Shown here one piece after another: positions 45,590 to 54,270 of a stretch of 64,000 bases of DNA. The DNA is taken from the NCBI GenBank assembly GCA_017881245.1, contig JADGRC010000193.1, forward strand, positions 21,747-85,746, given 5' to 3'. Position 1 is the first letter of the stretch; each line of letters opens with the position of its first letter. This DNA is from Pseudomonadota bacterium. Lineage in GTDB: Bacteria; Myxococcota_A; Polyangia; Fen-1088. A program made the position numbers and the translations under genes. Below the pieces are notes generated by a model. That model saw only the letters and a program-made list of their open reading frames with translations, was not told the DNA's origin and did no database searches.

Positions 45590-47228
45590 TTCTGCCTTGG
45601 CCCCCGAGGAGCCACGGGTCTATCAGGAGATCAACTACCTGAACGTCGACCGAGGCGTGATGTCTTGGCTAAAGACGCTCGATCACAAACGCATCGGGAT
45701 CATGTACTTCGGATCGGTGCTTTTGGCGTTCCTGCTCGGCGGCATCTTCGCGATGCTGGTGCGGATGGAGCTGACCACGCCCGAACCGACTTTCATGAGC
45801 GCCAACACGTACAACCGGATGTTCACGCTGCACGGGATGGTCATGATCTTCTTGTTCATGATTCCCGCTATTCCAGGCGTGTTCGGGAACTTCTGCCTGC
45901 CGCTCATGTTGGGGGCCAAGGACGTGGCCTTCCCCCGTCTGAACCTGCTGTCCCTGTACGTGTACTGGACGGGATCCGCATTGGTGTTGTGGGGCGTGAT
46001 CACGGGCGGGGCGGACACCGGCTGGACGTTCTACGCGCCCTACAGCACCACCACGCCCATGACGTTGTTTCCGGTGTTGTTGGGCGTCTTCATCATCGGG
46101 TTCTCTTCGATCCTGACCGGTCTGAACTTCATCGTCACGATCCACACGCTCCGGGCGCCCGGGATCGGTTGGATGAAGATGCCGCTGTTCGTTTGGGCGA
46201 TATACGCCACCAGCATCATCCAGGTGTTGGCGACGCCGGTCATCGGGCTCACCACCCTGCTGGTCGGCATCGAGAAGGTCGGTGGCTTTGGGCTGTTCGA
46301 TCCGGGCCGCGGTGGCGATCCCGTTCTAATGCAGCACCTGTTCTGGTTCTATTCGCATCCCGCCGTCTACATCATGGTGCTGCCGGCCATGGGCGTGATG
46401 AGCGAGGTCATCGCCGCCTACGCTCGCAAGAACATCTTCGGCTACAAAATGATCGCTTACTCGTCGCTGGGAATTGCCTTCGTCGGATTCTTCGCCTGGG
46501 GCCACCACATGTTCGTCTCTGGACAGTCGCCGTTCGACGATGGGGCGTTCGCCGTCATCTCGATGTTGGTGGGTGTCTTCACGGCGATCAAGGTCTTCAA
46601 CTGGGTCGGCACGCTGTACCGCGGCGCGATCTACGTTTCGGGTCCGTTCATCTATGCCTGCGGTTTCCTGTTCTTCATCGTGTTCGGGGGCATGACCGGC
46701 ATCGCGGTCGCGACAGTTTCGCTCGACGTTCACTGGCATGACACGTACTTCGTCGTGGCCCACTTTCATTTCATCATGGTCGGCGCGGTCATCATGGCCT
46801 TCCTGGCGGCGATTCATTACTGGTTCCCGAAGATGTTCGGCCGAACGTACAACGAGGGTTGGAGCATGGTCGCCGCCGTGTTCATCGTTTTGGGATTCAA
46901 CGCGACTTTCATTCCCCAGTTCCTCTTGGGCAACGCCGGCATGCCGCGTCGTTACTATATGTATCCAGAACGCTTCACGGCCTTGAACGTCGCCTCGACG
47001 GCGGGCTCCACGTTGCTGGCGTTCGGTTTCATCATCATCGCCGTCTATCTCATCTGGGCGCTGAAGCACGGCGACATCGCAGGGCCCAACCCTTGGAACT
47101 CGAAGGGGTACGAGTGGTTGACAAGCTCGCCGCCGATCAAGGAGAACTTCGAGCACACTCTCGATTATCCTGAGGAGCCCCACACCTATCACGAGCCGGG
47201 CGAGGAGGTGGAGCATGTCGTCATCTAA
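45570..47228 (+). CDS. coxA: Cytochrome c oxidase subunit I
   Basis: Canonical haem-copper oxidase sequence ([40 protein letters not shown]). Confidence 0.95.
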   Translation: MSQYTDSSALAPEEPRVYQEINYLNVDRGVMSWLKTLDHKRIGIMYFGSVLLAFLLGGIFAMLVRMELTTPEPTFMSANTYNRMFTLHGMVMIFLFMIPAIPGVFGNFCLPLMLGAKDVAFPRLNLLSLYVYWTGSALVLWGVITGGADTGWTFYAPYSTTTPMTLFPVLLGVFIIGFSSILTGLNFIVTIHTLRAPGIGWMKMPLFVWAIYATSIIQVLATPVIGLTTLLVGIEKVGGFGLFDPGRGGDPVLMQHLFWFYSHPAVYIMVLPAMGVMSEVIAAYARKNIFGYKMIAYSSLGIAFVGFFAWGHHMFVSGQSPFDDGAFAVISMLVGVFTAIKVFNWVGTLYRGAIYVSGPFIYACGFLFFIVFGGMTGIAVATVSLDVHWHDTYFVVAHFHFIMVGAVIMAFLAAIHYWFPKMFGRTYNEGWSMVAAVFIVLGFNATFIPQFLLGNAGMPRRYYMYPERFTALNVASTAGSTLLAFGFIIIAVYLIWALKHGDIAGPNPWNSKGYEWLTSSPPIKENFEHTLDYPEEPHTYHEPGEEVEHVVI

Positions 47229-47898
47229 CGCTCTGCCTCACGGAGGGGATCCGCATTCCGACCCGCACGCCAATCCCCACCTGGCCCATCACTTTGACAG
47301 CATGGAGACGCAGAACCATGCGTCCCGGCTGGGTATGTGGTTGTTCCTCGGTACCGAGGTCTTGCTCTTCGCGGGGTTGTTTCTGGGGTACTCCGTCTAT
47401 CGACACTTCTATCCGCATACATTCAAAGAGGCATCGCACCACCTGAACCTGGTGATGGGGACCATCAATACGGTGGTCCTGATCAGCAGCAGCTTCACCG
47501 TCGCGATGGCCTACTACTCGGTCAAGAAGGGCCGCAACAAGGCGGCAGCCGGCCTGCTGATCTTCACCATCCTGTGCGCGTTGACGTTCTTGTGCATCAA
47601 GGCTTTCGAGTATCACCACAAGTTCGAGGAAGGCGCCTTACCCGGCAAATGGTTCCACTTCGAAGAAATGAAGGACATGCCGGGCGCCAACATGTTCTTC
47701 ACGGTCTATTTCCTTTCGACGGGCCTGCACGCTTTCCACGTCATCGTCGGAATGGCGATATTGATCTGGGTCTTGCGCCGTTTGATTCGTGGCGACTTCG
47801 ATCAGAGCTACTACATACCCGTTGAGCTTGGCGGCCTCTACTGGCACCTGGTCGACCTCGTGTGGATATTCTTGTTCCCCTTGTTGTACTTGATTTGA
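47215..47898 (+). CDS. coxC: Cytochrome c oxidase subunit III
   Basis: HLAHHFDS...[18 protein letters not shown]...[18 protein letters not shown]. Confidence 0.9.
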   Translation: MSSSNALPHGGDPHSDPHANPHLAHHFDSMETQNHASRLGMWLFLGTEVLLFAGLFLGYSVYRHFYPHTFKEASHHLNLVMGTINTVVLISSSFTVAMAYYSVKKGRNKAAAGLLIFTILCALTFLCIKAFEYHHKFEEGALPGKWFHFEEMKDMPGANMFFTVYFLSTGLHAFHVIVGMAILIWVLRRLIRGDFDQSYYIPVELGGLYWHLVDLVWIFLFPLLYLI

Positions 47899-47924
47899 TG
47901 ACTTAGCGACCCCGGAGATTTCGC

Positions 47925-48323
47925 GTGGCTCACGACAACAATCCCAAACACGAAAAAGAGCAGGCTCACGAGCACGGCCCTGGCCGCTACGTCGTGATTT
48001 GGCTGCTGTTGCTGGTGTTCACCGTTACGACCGTCGTGACCGGCCGCATGGATCTGCACGGGGCCAATCTGCCTGTGGCACTGGTGATCGCGACCATCAA
48101 GGCGACGTTGGTCGTCCTGTTCTTCATGCACCTGTGGGACTCGGAGGGCATCAACCGACTGGTGTTCAGCGTTTCGCTGCTCTTCGTGATCGTCCTGTTG
48201 CTGGGCGTTTTCGGTGATCTGCTGACCCGAAGTCCGACGGCGCTTCCAGTGGGTGCGCCCGAGCCCACGCTGGAGCCAGGCCCAGGAACGCCGCCCGAGC
48301 GCGCTCCGACACAGGCTCCATAG
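47925..48323 (+). CDS. coxD: Cytochrome c oxidase subunit IV (prokaryotic caa3-type small subunit)
   Basis: YVVIWLLLLVFTVTTVV...ATIKATLVVLFFMHL is typical of the bacterial subunit IV family. Confidence 0.8.
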   Translation: MAHDNNPKHEKEQAHEHGPGRYVVIWLLLLVFTVTTVVTGRMDLHGANLPVALVIATIKATLVVLFFMHLWDSEGINRLVFSVSLLFVIVLLLGVFGDLLTRSPTALPVGAPEPTLEPGPGTPPERAPTQAP

Positions 48324-48374
48324 CGCCCCTCCAAAGGCGCGAGCGCGACCCCGGAGGGCGTCGATCGGACTTTT
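48324..48374. terminator. Weak candidate stem-loop between convergent genes
   Basis: CGCCCCTCC (48324-32) pairs imperfectly with GGAGGGCG (48353-60). A short TTTT lies 10 nt downstream. Confidence 0.25.
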
Positions 48375-48382
48375 GTAGGAGA

Positions 48383-49264
48383 CTATTCGTTACACGTCAG
48401 TCGCAGCGTCAGTTTCGTGCAACTCTGGGCGTTCGAAAACACGACGGTTCCGTTGGCGAAGTTCGTGGCGGTGAGCGGCGGAAAAACCTCGCAGATTCCA
48501 TCGCTGGTCATGCCGTCCTGATCGGCGACCAAAATGGACCAAAACCCCGCTTGGCTCATCACCCAGTTGGGGGTGAATTTGACGTTCGGGGGCGTTATGT
48601 CCTCGTTCCATGCCGGGCTAAACGTGTCGTTGAGCGGCGCGGTGTCCCGTTGACCGATCTCGTGAATCTGGAACTCACAGAACGGATCGGGGGCCCCCCC
48701 GCCATTCGGAACGTTTCCGGGATCCCACGCGGCGCCGTCCAGGTTCGTGGCCGCGATCGATGCGGATACACAGCTTATCTTCCATGTGGAAGTCGGATCG
48801 AGGTCACAGATGCCCGCCTTACCGCACTTGAAACACGGTGCGCACGACGCGCACGCATTCTCGCCGCCGGTTCCCGCATGGTTTCCGTTGTCACCACCGC
48901 TTCCGAGCACACCGCCGCTGCCGGGGGTGTCGCCGCCGGTTCCTGAGCTCCCGCCACCCGAGCTCCCCACAGAACCATCGCCTCCAGCAGCGAGCTCGCC
49001 CCCGCTGCCCAAAATCCCGCCACTTCCGACAACACTGCCGCTTCCACTTGCTCCACCAGTGGGATCCGCCCCACCTGAACCTGTCCCGCCACCACTGGCA
49101 TTGCCCGCGTCGAACGCAGTGGTTCCGCCGCTGCCGGAAGGGCCTGCTCCAGGCACGTGCAGGCCCCTGTTATCAAGGGCGCAGGCCGTGAAAAGAACCA
49201 GCGTTCCTATCCATATTCTTGCCCCAATTCCCCAAATTCTTCGAACCCATGCTCCGAACTTCAT
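48383..49264 (-). CDS. Secreted lipoprotein with a Gly-rich linker, a Cys-rich knot and a C-terminal C2-like domain
   Basis: Lipobox LFTAC. G/S/T linker. CASCAPCFKCGKAGIC. Then SIAATNLDGAAWDPG...GAPDPFCEFQI...DTAPLNDTFSPAWNEDI...WSILVADQDGMTSDGICEV, which parallels the C2 pattern L..A.NL...D..G.SDPYV.V.....T....TLNPVWNE.F....V.D.D....D.IGE. Confidence 0.7.
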   Translation of the reverse strand: MKFGAWVRRIWGIGARIWIGTLVLFTACALDNRGLHVPGAGPSGSGGTTAFDAGNASGGGTGSGGADPTGGASGSGSVVGSGGILGSGGELAAGGDGSVGSSGGGSSGTGGDTPGSGGVLGSGGDNGNHAGTGGENACASCAPCFKCGKAGICDLDPTSTWKISCVSASIAATNLDGAAWDPGNVPNGGGAPDPFCEFQIHEIGQRDTAPLNDTFSPAWNEDITPPNVKFTPNWVMSQAGFWSILVADQDGMTSDGICEVFPPLTATNFANGTVVFSNAQSCTKLTLRLTCNE

Positions 49265-49519
49265 AAGTTTTCCCCCCGACGATACCCGGAACCGTGTTTT
49301 GTCCAGTCAAAGTAGGCGTATTGGACTCAGAGGATGAGATTGTACAGCAATAGTCCCCGAACGGCTCTGGCCCGAAATAGTCCGCCTGGCACCTGCTTCC
49401 TGGATCGCTGACGACTTGGAAAACAGCCTTTGGCTCCCTTCAAATCGGCGGTCTTTCCCGCTACAGTCTGGCGCCCGCGCTGGCGACATGGTTCGGGCTC
49501 GACGAGACCCCAGAAGAGC

Positions 49520-50302
49520 ATGCCCAAGTTCAACGCCAACCTCACCATGATGTTCAACGAAGTGGATTTCCTCGCCCGCTTCGCGGCAGCGGCCAGGGCG
49601 GGGTTCCATGGGGTCGAGTTCCTTTTTCCGTATGCCCACGACAAGGAACAGGTGGCCGAGATCGCGGCTCGGAACAAGCTGCAGGTCATCCTGTTCAACC
49701 TGCCTCCTGGCGACTGGAACGCGGGCGACCGGGGGATGGCCTGCGATCCGTCTCGGACGCTCGAGTTTCAAGACAGCGTCGGGAAGGCCATCGACTACGC
49801 GCGGGCGCTCGGGTGCGACCGTCTTCACTGCATGGCTGGGTTGATGCCCCGCGGCGTGAACGCGGAGATGATGCGAGAGACATATCTCGAGAATCTGCGC
49901 TTCGCCGGGCAGGAACTCGCCAAGCACGACTTGACGTTGTTGATCGAGGGCATCAACACGCGCGACATTCCCGGTTATTACTTGAATACGTCGCGTCAGG
50001 CGTTCGATCTGATGCACTACGCGTCGGTCCCGAATCTCGCTTATCTCTATGACTGCTACCATATGCAGATTATGGAGGGCGATCTGGCGCCCACGATCGA
50101 GAAGAACCTGCCGCGCATCGCGCACATGCAGGTGGCCGATACCCCCGGCCGCCACGAGCCGGGCACGGGCGAGATCAACTATGCATTCTTGTTTCAACAC
50201 CTCGACCGAATCGGATATCAAGGCTGGGTTGGTTGCGAGTACCGGCCGACAGCCACGACAGAGGCAGGGCTTGGATGGCTCAAGCCATACTTGAAATTCT
50301 AG
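49520..50302 (+). CDS. hyi: Hydroxypyruvate isomerase
   Basis: MPKFNANLTMMFNEVDFLARFAAAARAGFHGVEFLFPY...HCMAG...IAHMQVADTPGRHEPGTGEINY...GYQGWVGCEYRP is the classic Hyi/TIM-barrel sequence. Confidence 0.9.
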   Translation: MPKFNANLTMMFNEVDFLARFAAAARAGFHGVEFLFPYAHDKEQVAEIAARNKLQVILFNLPPGDWNAGDRGMACDPSRTLEFQDSVGKAIDYARALGCDRLHCMAGLMPRGVNAEMMRETYLENLRFAGQELAKHDLTLLIEGINTRDIPGYYLNTSRQAFDLMHYASVPNLAYLYDCYHMQIMEGDLAPTIEKNLPRIAHMQVADTPGRHEPGTGEINYAFLFQHLDRIGYQGWVGCEYRPTATTEAGLGWLKPYLKF

Positions 50303-50312
50303 ATCACAACCC

Positions 50313-51215
50313 ATGAAAATAGATACGCAATTGCAGTCATTGGGATTCGTTGGCCTGGGCATCATGGGTCGCCCCATGGCCGCCAATCTGATCAAGGGCG
50401 GCCGCACGCTGCACCTGCACAGCAGAAGCGGCGTGACGGCGGAGTTGACCTCCGCGGGCGGCATCGCCTGTGGCACCCCGGCCGAAGTCGCGCGGAAGGC
50501 CGACGCGATCGTCATCATGGTTCCTGACACGCCGGACGTGGATAAGGTCCTGTTCGGGCCGGACGGAATCGCCGCTGGTTTGGCGGCCGGGAAGATCGTC
50601 ATCGACATGAGCTCAATCTCGCCGGTGGCGACGAAGGATTTCGCCAAGCGCGTCAATGCCCTTGGTTGCGAATACGTCGATGCGCCGGTTTCGGGAGGCG
50701 AGATCGGCGCCAAGAACGCGGCGCTGACGATCATGGTCGGCGCAAGCGAGAAGACGTTCGAGAGAGTGAAGCCCCTCTTCGAGTTGATGGGCAAGAACAT
50801 CACCTTGGTTGGGGAAAACGGCGCCGGCCAGATATGCAAGGTCGCCAATCAGATTGTCGTCGCGTTGAACATCGAGGCCGTTGCGGAGGCGCTGGTGTTT
50901 GCTGCCAAGGCCGGAGCCGATCCCGCCAGGGTGCGCCAGGCCTTGCTCGGGGGCTTCGCCTCGTCGCGCGTCCTGGAGGTTCACGGCGAGCGCATGATCA
51001 AGAGAACCTTCGAGCCGGGTTTTCGAATCGAGCTGCACCAGAAAGACTTGAACATCGCACTTGGTACCGCGCGTCAACTGGGGGTCAGTCTGCCAAACAC
51101 CGCGACCGTGCAGGAGCTGCTCAATGCCTGCCAGGCTCAGGGTGGCGCCAAGTGGGATCACTCCGCCATGGTTCGCGCGCTGGAAGTCCTGGCCAACCAC
51201 CAGGTGGGCACGTAG
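50313..51215 (+). CDS. glxR: 2-hydroxy-3-oxopropionate (tartronate semialdehyde) reductase
   Basis: LGFVGLGIMGRPMAANL...MSSISP...VDAPVSGGEIGA...GAGQICKVANQ is the beta-hydroxyacid dehydrogenase signature. Confidence 0.85.
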   Translation: MKIDTQLQSLGFVGLGIMGRPMAANLIKGGRTLHLHSRSGVTAELTSAGGIACGTPAEVARKADAIVIMVPDTPDVDKVLFGPDGIAAGLAAGKIVIDMSSISPVATKDFAKRVNALGCEYVDAPVSGGEIGAKNAALTIMVGASEKTFERVKPLFELMGKNITLVGENGAGQICKVANQIVVALNIEAVAEALVFAAKAGADPARVRQALLGGFASSRVLEVHGERMIKRTFEPGFRIELHQKDLNIALGTARQLGVSLPNTATVQELLNACQAQGGAKWDHSAMVRALEVLANHQVGT

Positions 51216-51264
51216 CTCGTCCGGGGCTTCCCCCCCCGGGGCCCCGTGCTGCGGACATGTCGCG

Positions 51265-52542
51265 ATGACTGACCCCGCCCCGCTGCTGCGCCGGATGTTC
51301 GACGCGGCCGTCGCGCGGGCCATGCCCGAGCGATGCTTACCGAGATTTCTGCCGTCCCCGCCCAAGGGGAGAACCGTCGTCGTCGGTGCGGGAAAGGCCG
51401 CCGCCGCCATGGCACAAGCCGTCGAGGCTCATTGGCCACATGAGAGTCGACTCGAGGGACTTGTCGTCACGCGCTATGGGCATCGGCTGCCAACGAATCG
51501 GATCGAAGTGGTCGAGGCGGCGCATCCCGTCCCGGACGCCGCGGGGCAGGCGGCGGCCGCGCGAATTCTTCAGACGGTGGCTGGCCTGACCGGTGATGAT
51601 CTCGTGCTTTGCTTGATATCGGGTGGGGGATCGGCGCTGCTCAGCCTACCGGCGCCAAGTCTCGCGCTGGAGGACAAGCAGGAGGTCAATCGCGCGTTGC
51701 TAAAATGCGGTGCCACCATCGCTGAAATCAACTGCGTTCGGAAACACCTGTCGGCCATCAAGGGCGGACGCCTGGCCGCCGCCTGCTATCCCGCCAGGGT
51801 CGTCACGTTGGCGATCTCCGATGTCCCGGGTGACGATCCTTCTGTGATCGCGTCCGGGCCCACAGTCCCGGATCCGACGACGTTCGCGGACGCGCTCGGT
51901 ACCTTGGCCCGGTATCGCATCGCGGCGCCGAGCGCGGTCATGGAACATCTGCGCGCCGGCCGGCAGGAAACCGAGACCCCGAAGACCGATGATCCGCGCC
52001 TGCGGGGAATAGAGACGTACGTGGTGGCGGCAGCTCAGGAATCGCTGGAGGCGGCGGCGGAGATCGCGCGCGAGGCCGGCATCACGCCCCTGATCCTCGG
52101 CGACAGCTTGGAGGGCGAGGCGCGCGACGTCGCGTTGGTACACGCGGGCATCGCGAGGCAGGTGCTGCGCCACCGCCAGCCGGTTGCCCCGCCGTGCGTG
52201 CTGTTGTCTGGGGGCGAGACCACGGTGACCGTGGTGGGAAACGGAAGGGGAGGGCGCAACGTCGAATTCCTGTTGGCCTTCGCGCTCGGCATGCAAGGGG
52301 CCCCTTTTGTCCATGCCATCGCGGGCGACACCGACGGGATCGATGGGACCGAGGACAACGCGGGCGCCATCGTCTCGCCCGAGACCTTGGGGCGAGCGTC
52401 CTGCCTCGGCATTGATGCCCGCGCTTTCCTGGCCAATAACGACGGCTACGGGATCTTCTCGCGATTGGGCGATCTCGTGATCACGGGTCCGACGCATACG
52501 AACGTCAACGATTTTCGCGCGGTGTTGATTCAAGCGTCGTGA
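51265..52542 (+). CDS. Glycerate 2-kinase / hydroxypyruvate reductase-like protein (MOFRL family, TtuD-type)
   Basis: Start at MTDPAPLLRRMFDAAV. VVGAGKAAAAMAQAVE...LISGGGSALL...INCVRKHLSAIKGGRLA...LLSGGETTVTV.G.GRGGRNVEF...DTDGIDG. Confidence 0.85.
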   Translation: MTDPAPLLRRMFDAAVARAMPERCLPRFLPSPPKGRTVVVGAGKAAAAMAQAVEAHWPHESRLEGLVVTRYGHRLPTNRIEVVEAAHPVPDAAGQAAAARILQTVAGLTGDDLVLCLISGGGSALLSLPAPSLALEDKQEVNRALLKCGATIAEINCVRKHLSAIKGGRLAAACYPARVVTLAISDVPGDDPSVIASGPTVPDPTTFADALGTLARYRIAAPSAVMEHLRAGRQETETPKTDDPRLRGIETYVVAAAQESLEAAAEIAREAGITPLILGDSLEGEARDVALVHAGIARQVLRHRQPVAPPCVLLSGGETTVTVVGNGRGGRNVEFLLAFALGMQGAPFVHAIAGDTDGIDGTEDNAGAIVSPETLGRASCLGIDARAFLANNDGYGIFSRLGDLVITGPTHTNVNDFRAVLIQAS

Positions 52543-52627
52543 CCGATCGCCATGGCGTGATCGATCGTCGCCCAGGGTAACTTTCGACTTGCATACGACA
52601 GCTTCTCCTGCGACAAGCAGGGGCTCC

Positions 52628-53293
52628 ATGTCCGATTCGTCACGCCCGCAATACGCCTTGCACCCGATCGATTCGGTGGTCTTCGACCTCGACGGTACGC
52701 TCTGGGATACGTGCGAACCCTGCGCCCAGGGTTGGAACAACGTGATTGCGAAACATCAAATTGACTTCCGAAAGATCACGGCCGACGACGTGCGCGGGGT
52801 CGCGGGCAAGCCCCACGAGCTGTGCGTGCGCGAGGTCTGCGTGGGACTGCCCGAGCATCAAATCAAGCTCCTGTCCGACGAGTCGGAAAAGGAGGACAAC
52901 CGCTTGATCGCCGAGCGAGGCGGCGTGCTTTATCCAGGTGTCCCCGAAGGGTTGGCGGCGCTGGCGACGCGGTATCCCCTCTTCATCGTCAGCAACTGTC
53001 AGGCGGGATACATCGAAATTTTCATGGCCTCGACCGGTTTCGCTCCGTTGTTTCGTGATCACGAATGTTGGGGCAATACCGGTCGATCCAAGGCGGAGAA
53101 TCTGCGCGCGGTCATCGACCGAAACGATTTGCGAGCGCCCGTGTTCGTGGGCGACACGCCCGGTGATCAAGCGGCGGCGCTGGCCAACGATGTCCCTTTT
53201 GTCTTTGCCCGCTATGGTTTCGGAAGGTGTCAGGAACCCCGCGCCACAGTCGATTCGTTTCAACAATTGCGCGACCTATTGTTGGTCCGATGA
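52628..53293 (+). CDS. HAD-superfamily hydrolase (phosphoglycolate phosphatase-like)
   Basis: VVFDLDGTLWDT (motif I), IVSN (motif II region) and VFVGDTPGD (motif IV). Start may be 52589 or 52628. Confidence 0.8.
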   Translation: MSDSSRPQYALHPIDSVVFDLDGTLWDTCEPCAQGWNNVIAKHQIDFRKITADDVRGVAGKPHELCVREVCVGLPEHQIKLLSDESEKEDNRLIAERGGVLYPGVPEGLAALATRYPLFIVSNCQAGYIEIFMASTGFAPLFRDHECWGNTGRSKAENLRAVIDRNDLRAPVFVGDTPGDQAAALANDVPFVFARYGFGRCQEPRATVDSFQQLRDLLLVR

Positions 53294-54255
53294 TGGCCTG
53301 GAACGACGCCGAGGGCGGTCCCTCCTTCTCGGGGCCTCGAAGACTGCTCCTCAACGACGAGGGCAACTCCGCGTTGCACTACCTCGACCTGGATGCTCCC
53401 GAACGGAACTGGAGGTATGACGGCGCGGGCCGTGATCTCCAGCTGATTGGTAAAGAACGTGTCTTGCGGAGCACCCCGTCTGGTTACGTCGAGCTGGATC
53501 TATCGGCCCGCGGCGCCGTAGTGCGGCAGATCAGCATCGTCGGCCTTCCAGGGGGCATCGAGTCCGCGCGCCGATTGTCGAACGGGCACACGGTGGTGGC
53601 GGGGAATGGCGGCGGAGGGATCTTCGTCTGGGAGGTGGATTCCGCAGCCACCCCGGTATCCGGACGCACCCAGTTCTTCGGCGGCATCGACAAGGTTCGC
53701 CTGATTCGTCTCACCGGGGAGGGGACGTTCCTGTTTTGCTCAGAGACGAATGACCGCAGTGTCATTCACGAACTCGCCTGGAACGGGGGCATGAGAACCT
53801 TGTTCGAGGTGCCCGACGACATGCCGACGGACAGCATGGTCAAGGCCGTGCGGATCGCGCCGCACGTCGTTACGGTTTCAACCGGGTACGCCGCCAGCCT
53901 GCTCGTGATCGACACCGAGGGGCGACGCGCATTGCGAACCGTTGGTGGCAAGGGGCACCCCGAGCCGAGAGGCGCGGACCGACCACTCTCGATGTTCTTC
54001 TTTTCCGGTTACCAGATGCTGCCAAACGGCGATTTTCTGATCAGCAACTGGCAGGGTCACAGCGCCGAGCGAAACGGGCAGGGCTACCAACTGCTGAGGT
54101 TCAACCCCGCGGGGCAACTGATCGCGCGATTCGACCAAACCCTGTTCCCGACAATCGCGTCCCTGAACAACGTGATCGCACTTGACGGCCTGGACACAAC
54201 CAAGCTGCACGATGAGCCCAACGGTGTTCTCGTACCGCTCCTACCCATGCCGTGA
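53290..54255 (+). CDS. Beta-propeller-like protein of unknown family (cytoplasmic form, no signal peptide)
   Basis: ATGA overlap with the HAD stop. Full-length similarity by eye to the C-terminal domain of the 58770-60134 product (FFSGYQMLPNGDFLISNWQGH versus FFSGFVRLQNGNYVVANWLGH; ND...Y....P..NW near the N-termini). Confidence 0.65.
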   Translation: MMAWNDAEGGPSFSGPRRLLLNDEGNSALHYLDLDAPERNWRYDGAGRDLQLIGKERVLRSTPSGYVELDLSARGAVVRQISIVGLPGGIESARRLSNGHTVVAGNGGGGIFVWEVDSAATPVSGRTQFFGGIDKVRLIRLTGEGTFLFCSETNDRSVIHELAWNGGMRTLFEVPDDMPTDSMVKAVRIAPHVVTVSTGYAASLLVIDTEGRRALRTVGGKGHPEPRGADRPLSMFFFSGYQMLPNGDFLISNWQGHSAERNGQGYQLLRFNPAGQLIARFDQTLFPTIASLNNVIALDGLDTTKLHDEPNGVLVPLLPMP

Positions 54256-54270
54256 GCGGTGCGGTCAAGA

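Noticed and set aside
49349-49383. 8-bp direct repeat AATAGTCC (49349-56 and 49376-83) upstream of hyi.
   Set aside because: A single repeated 8-mer in a spacer of about 250 bp is roughly what chance predicts (expected count about 0.5). There is no dyad symmetry or third copy.
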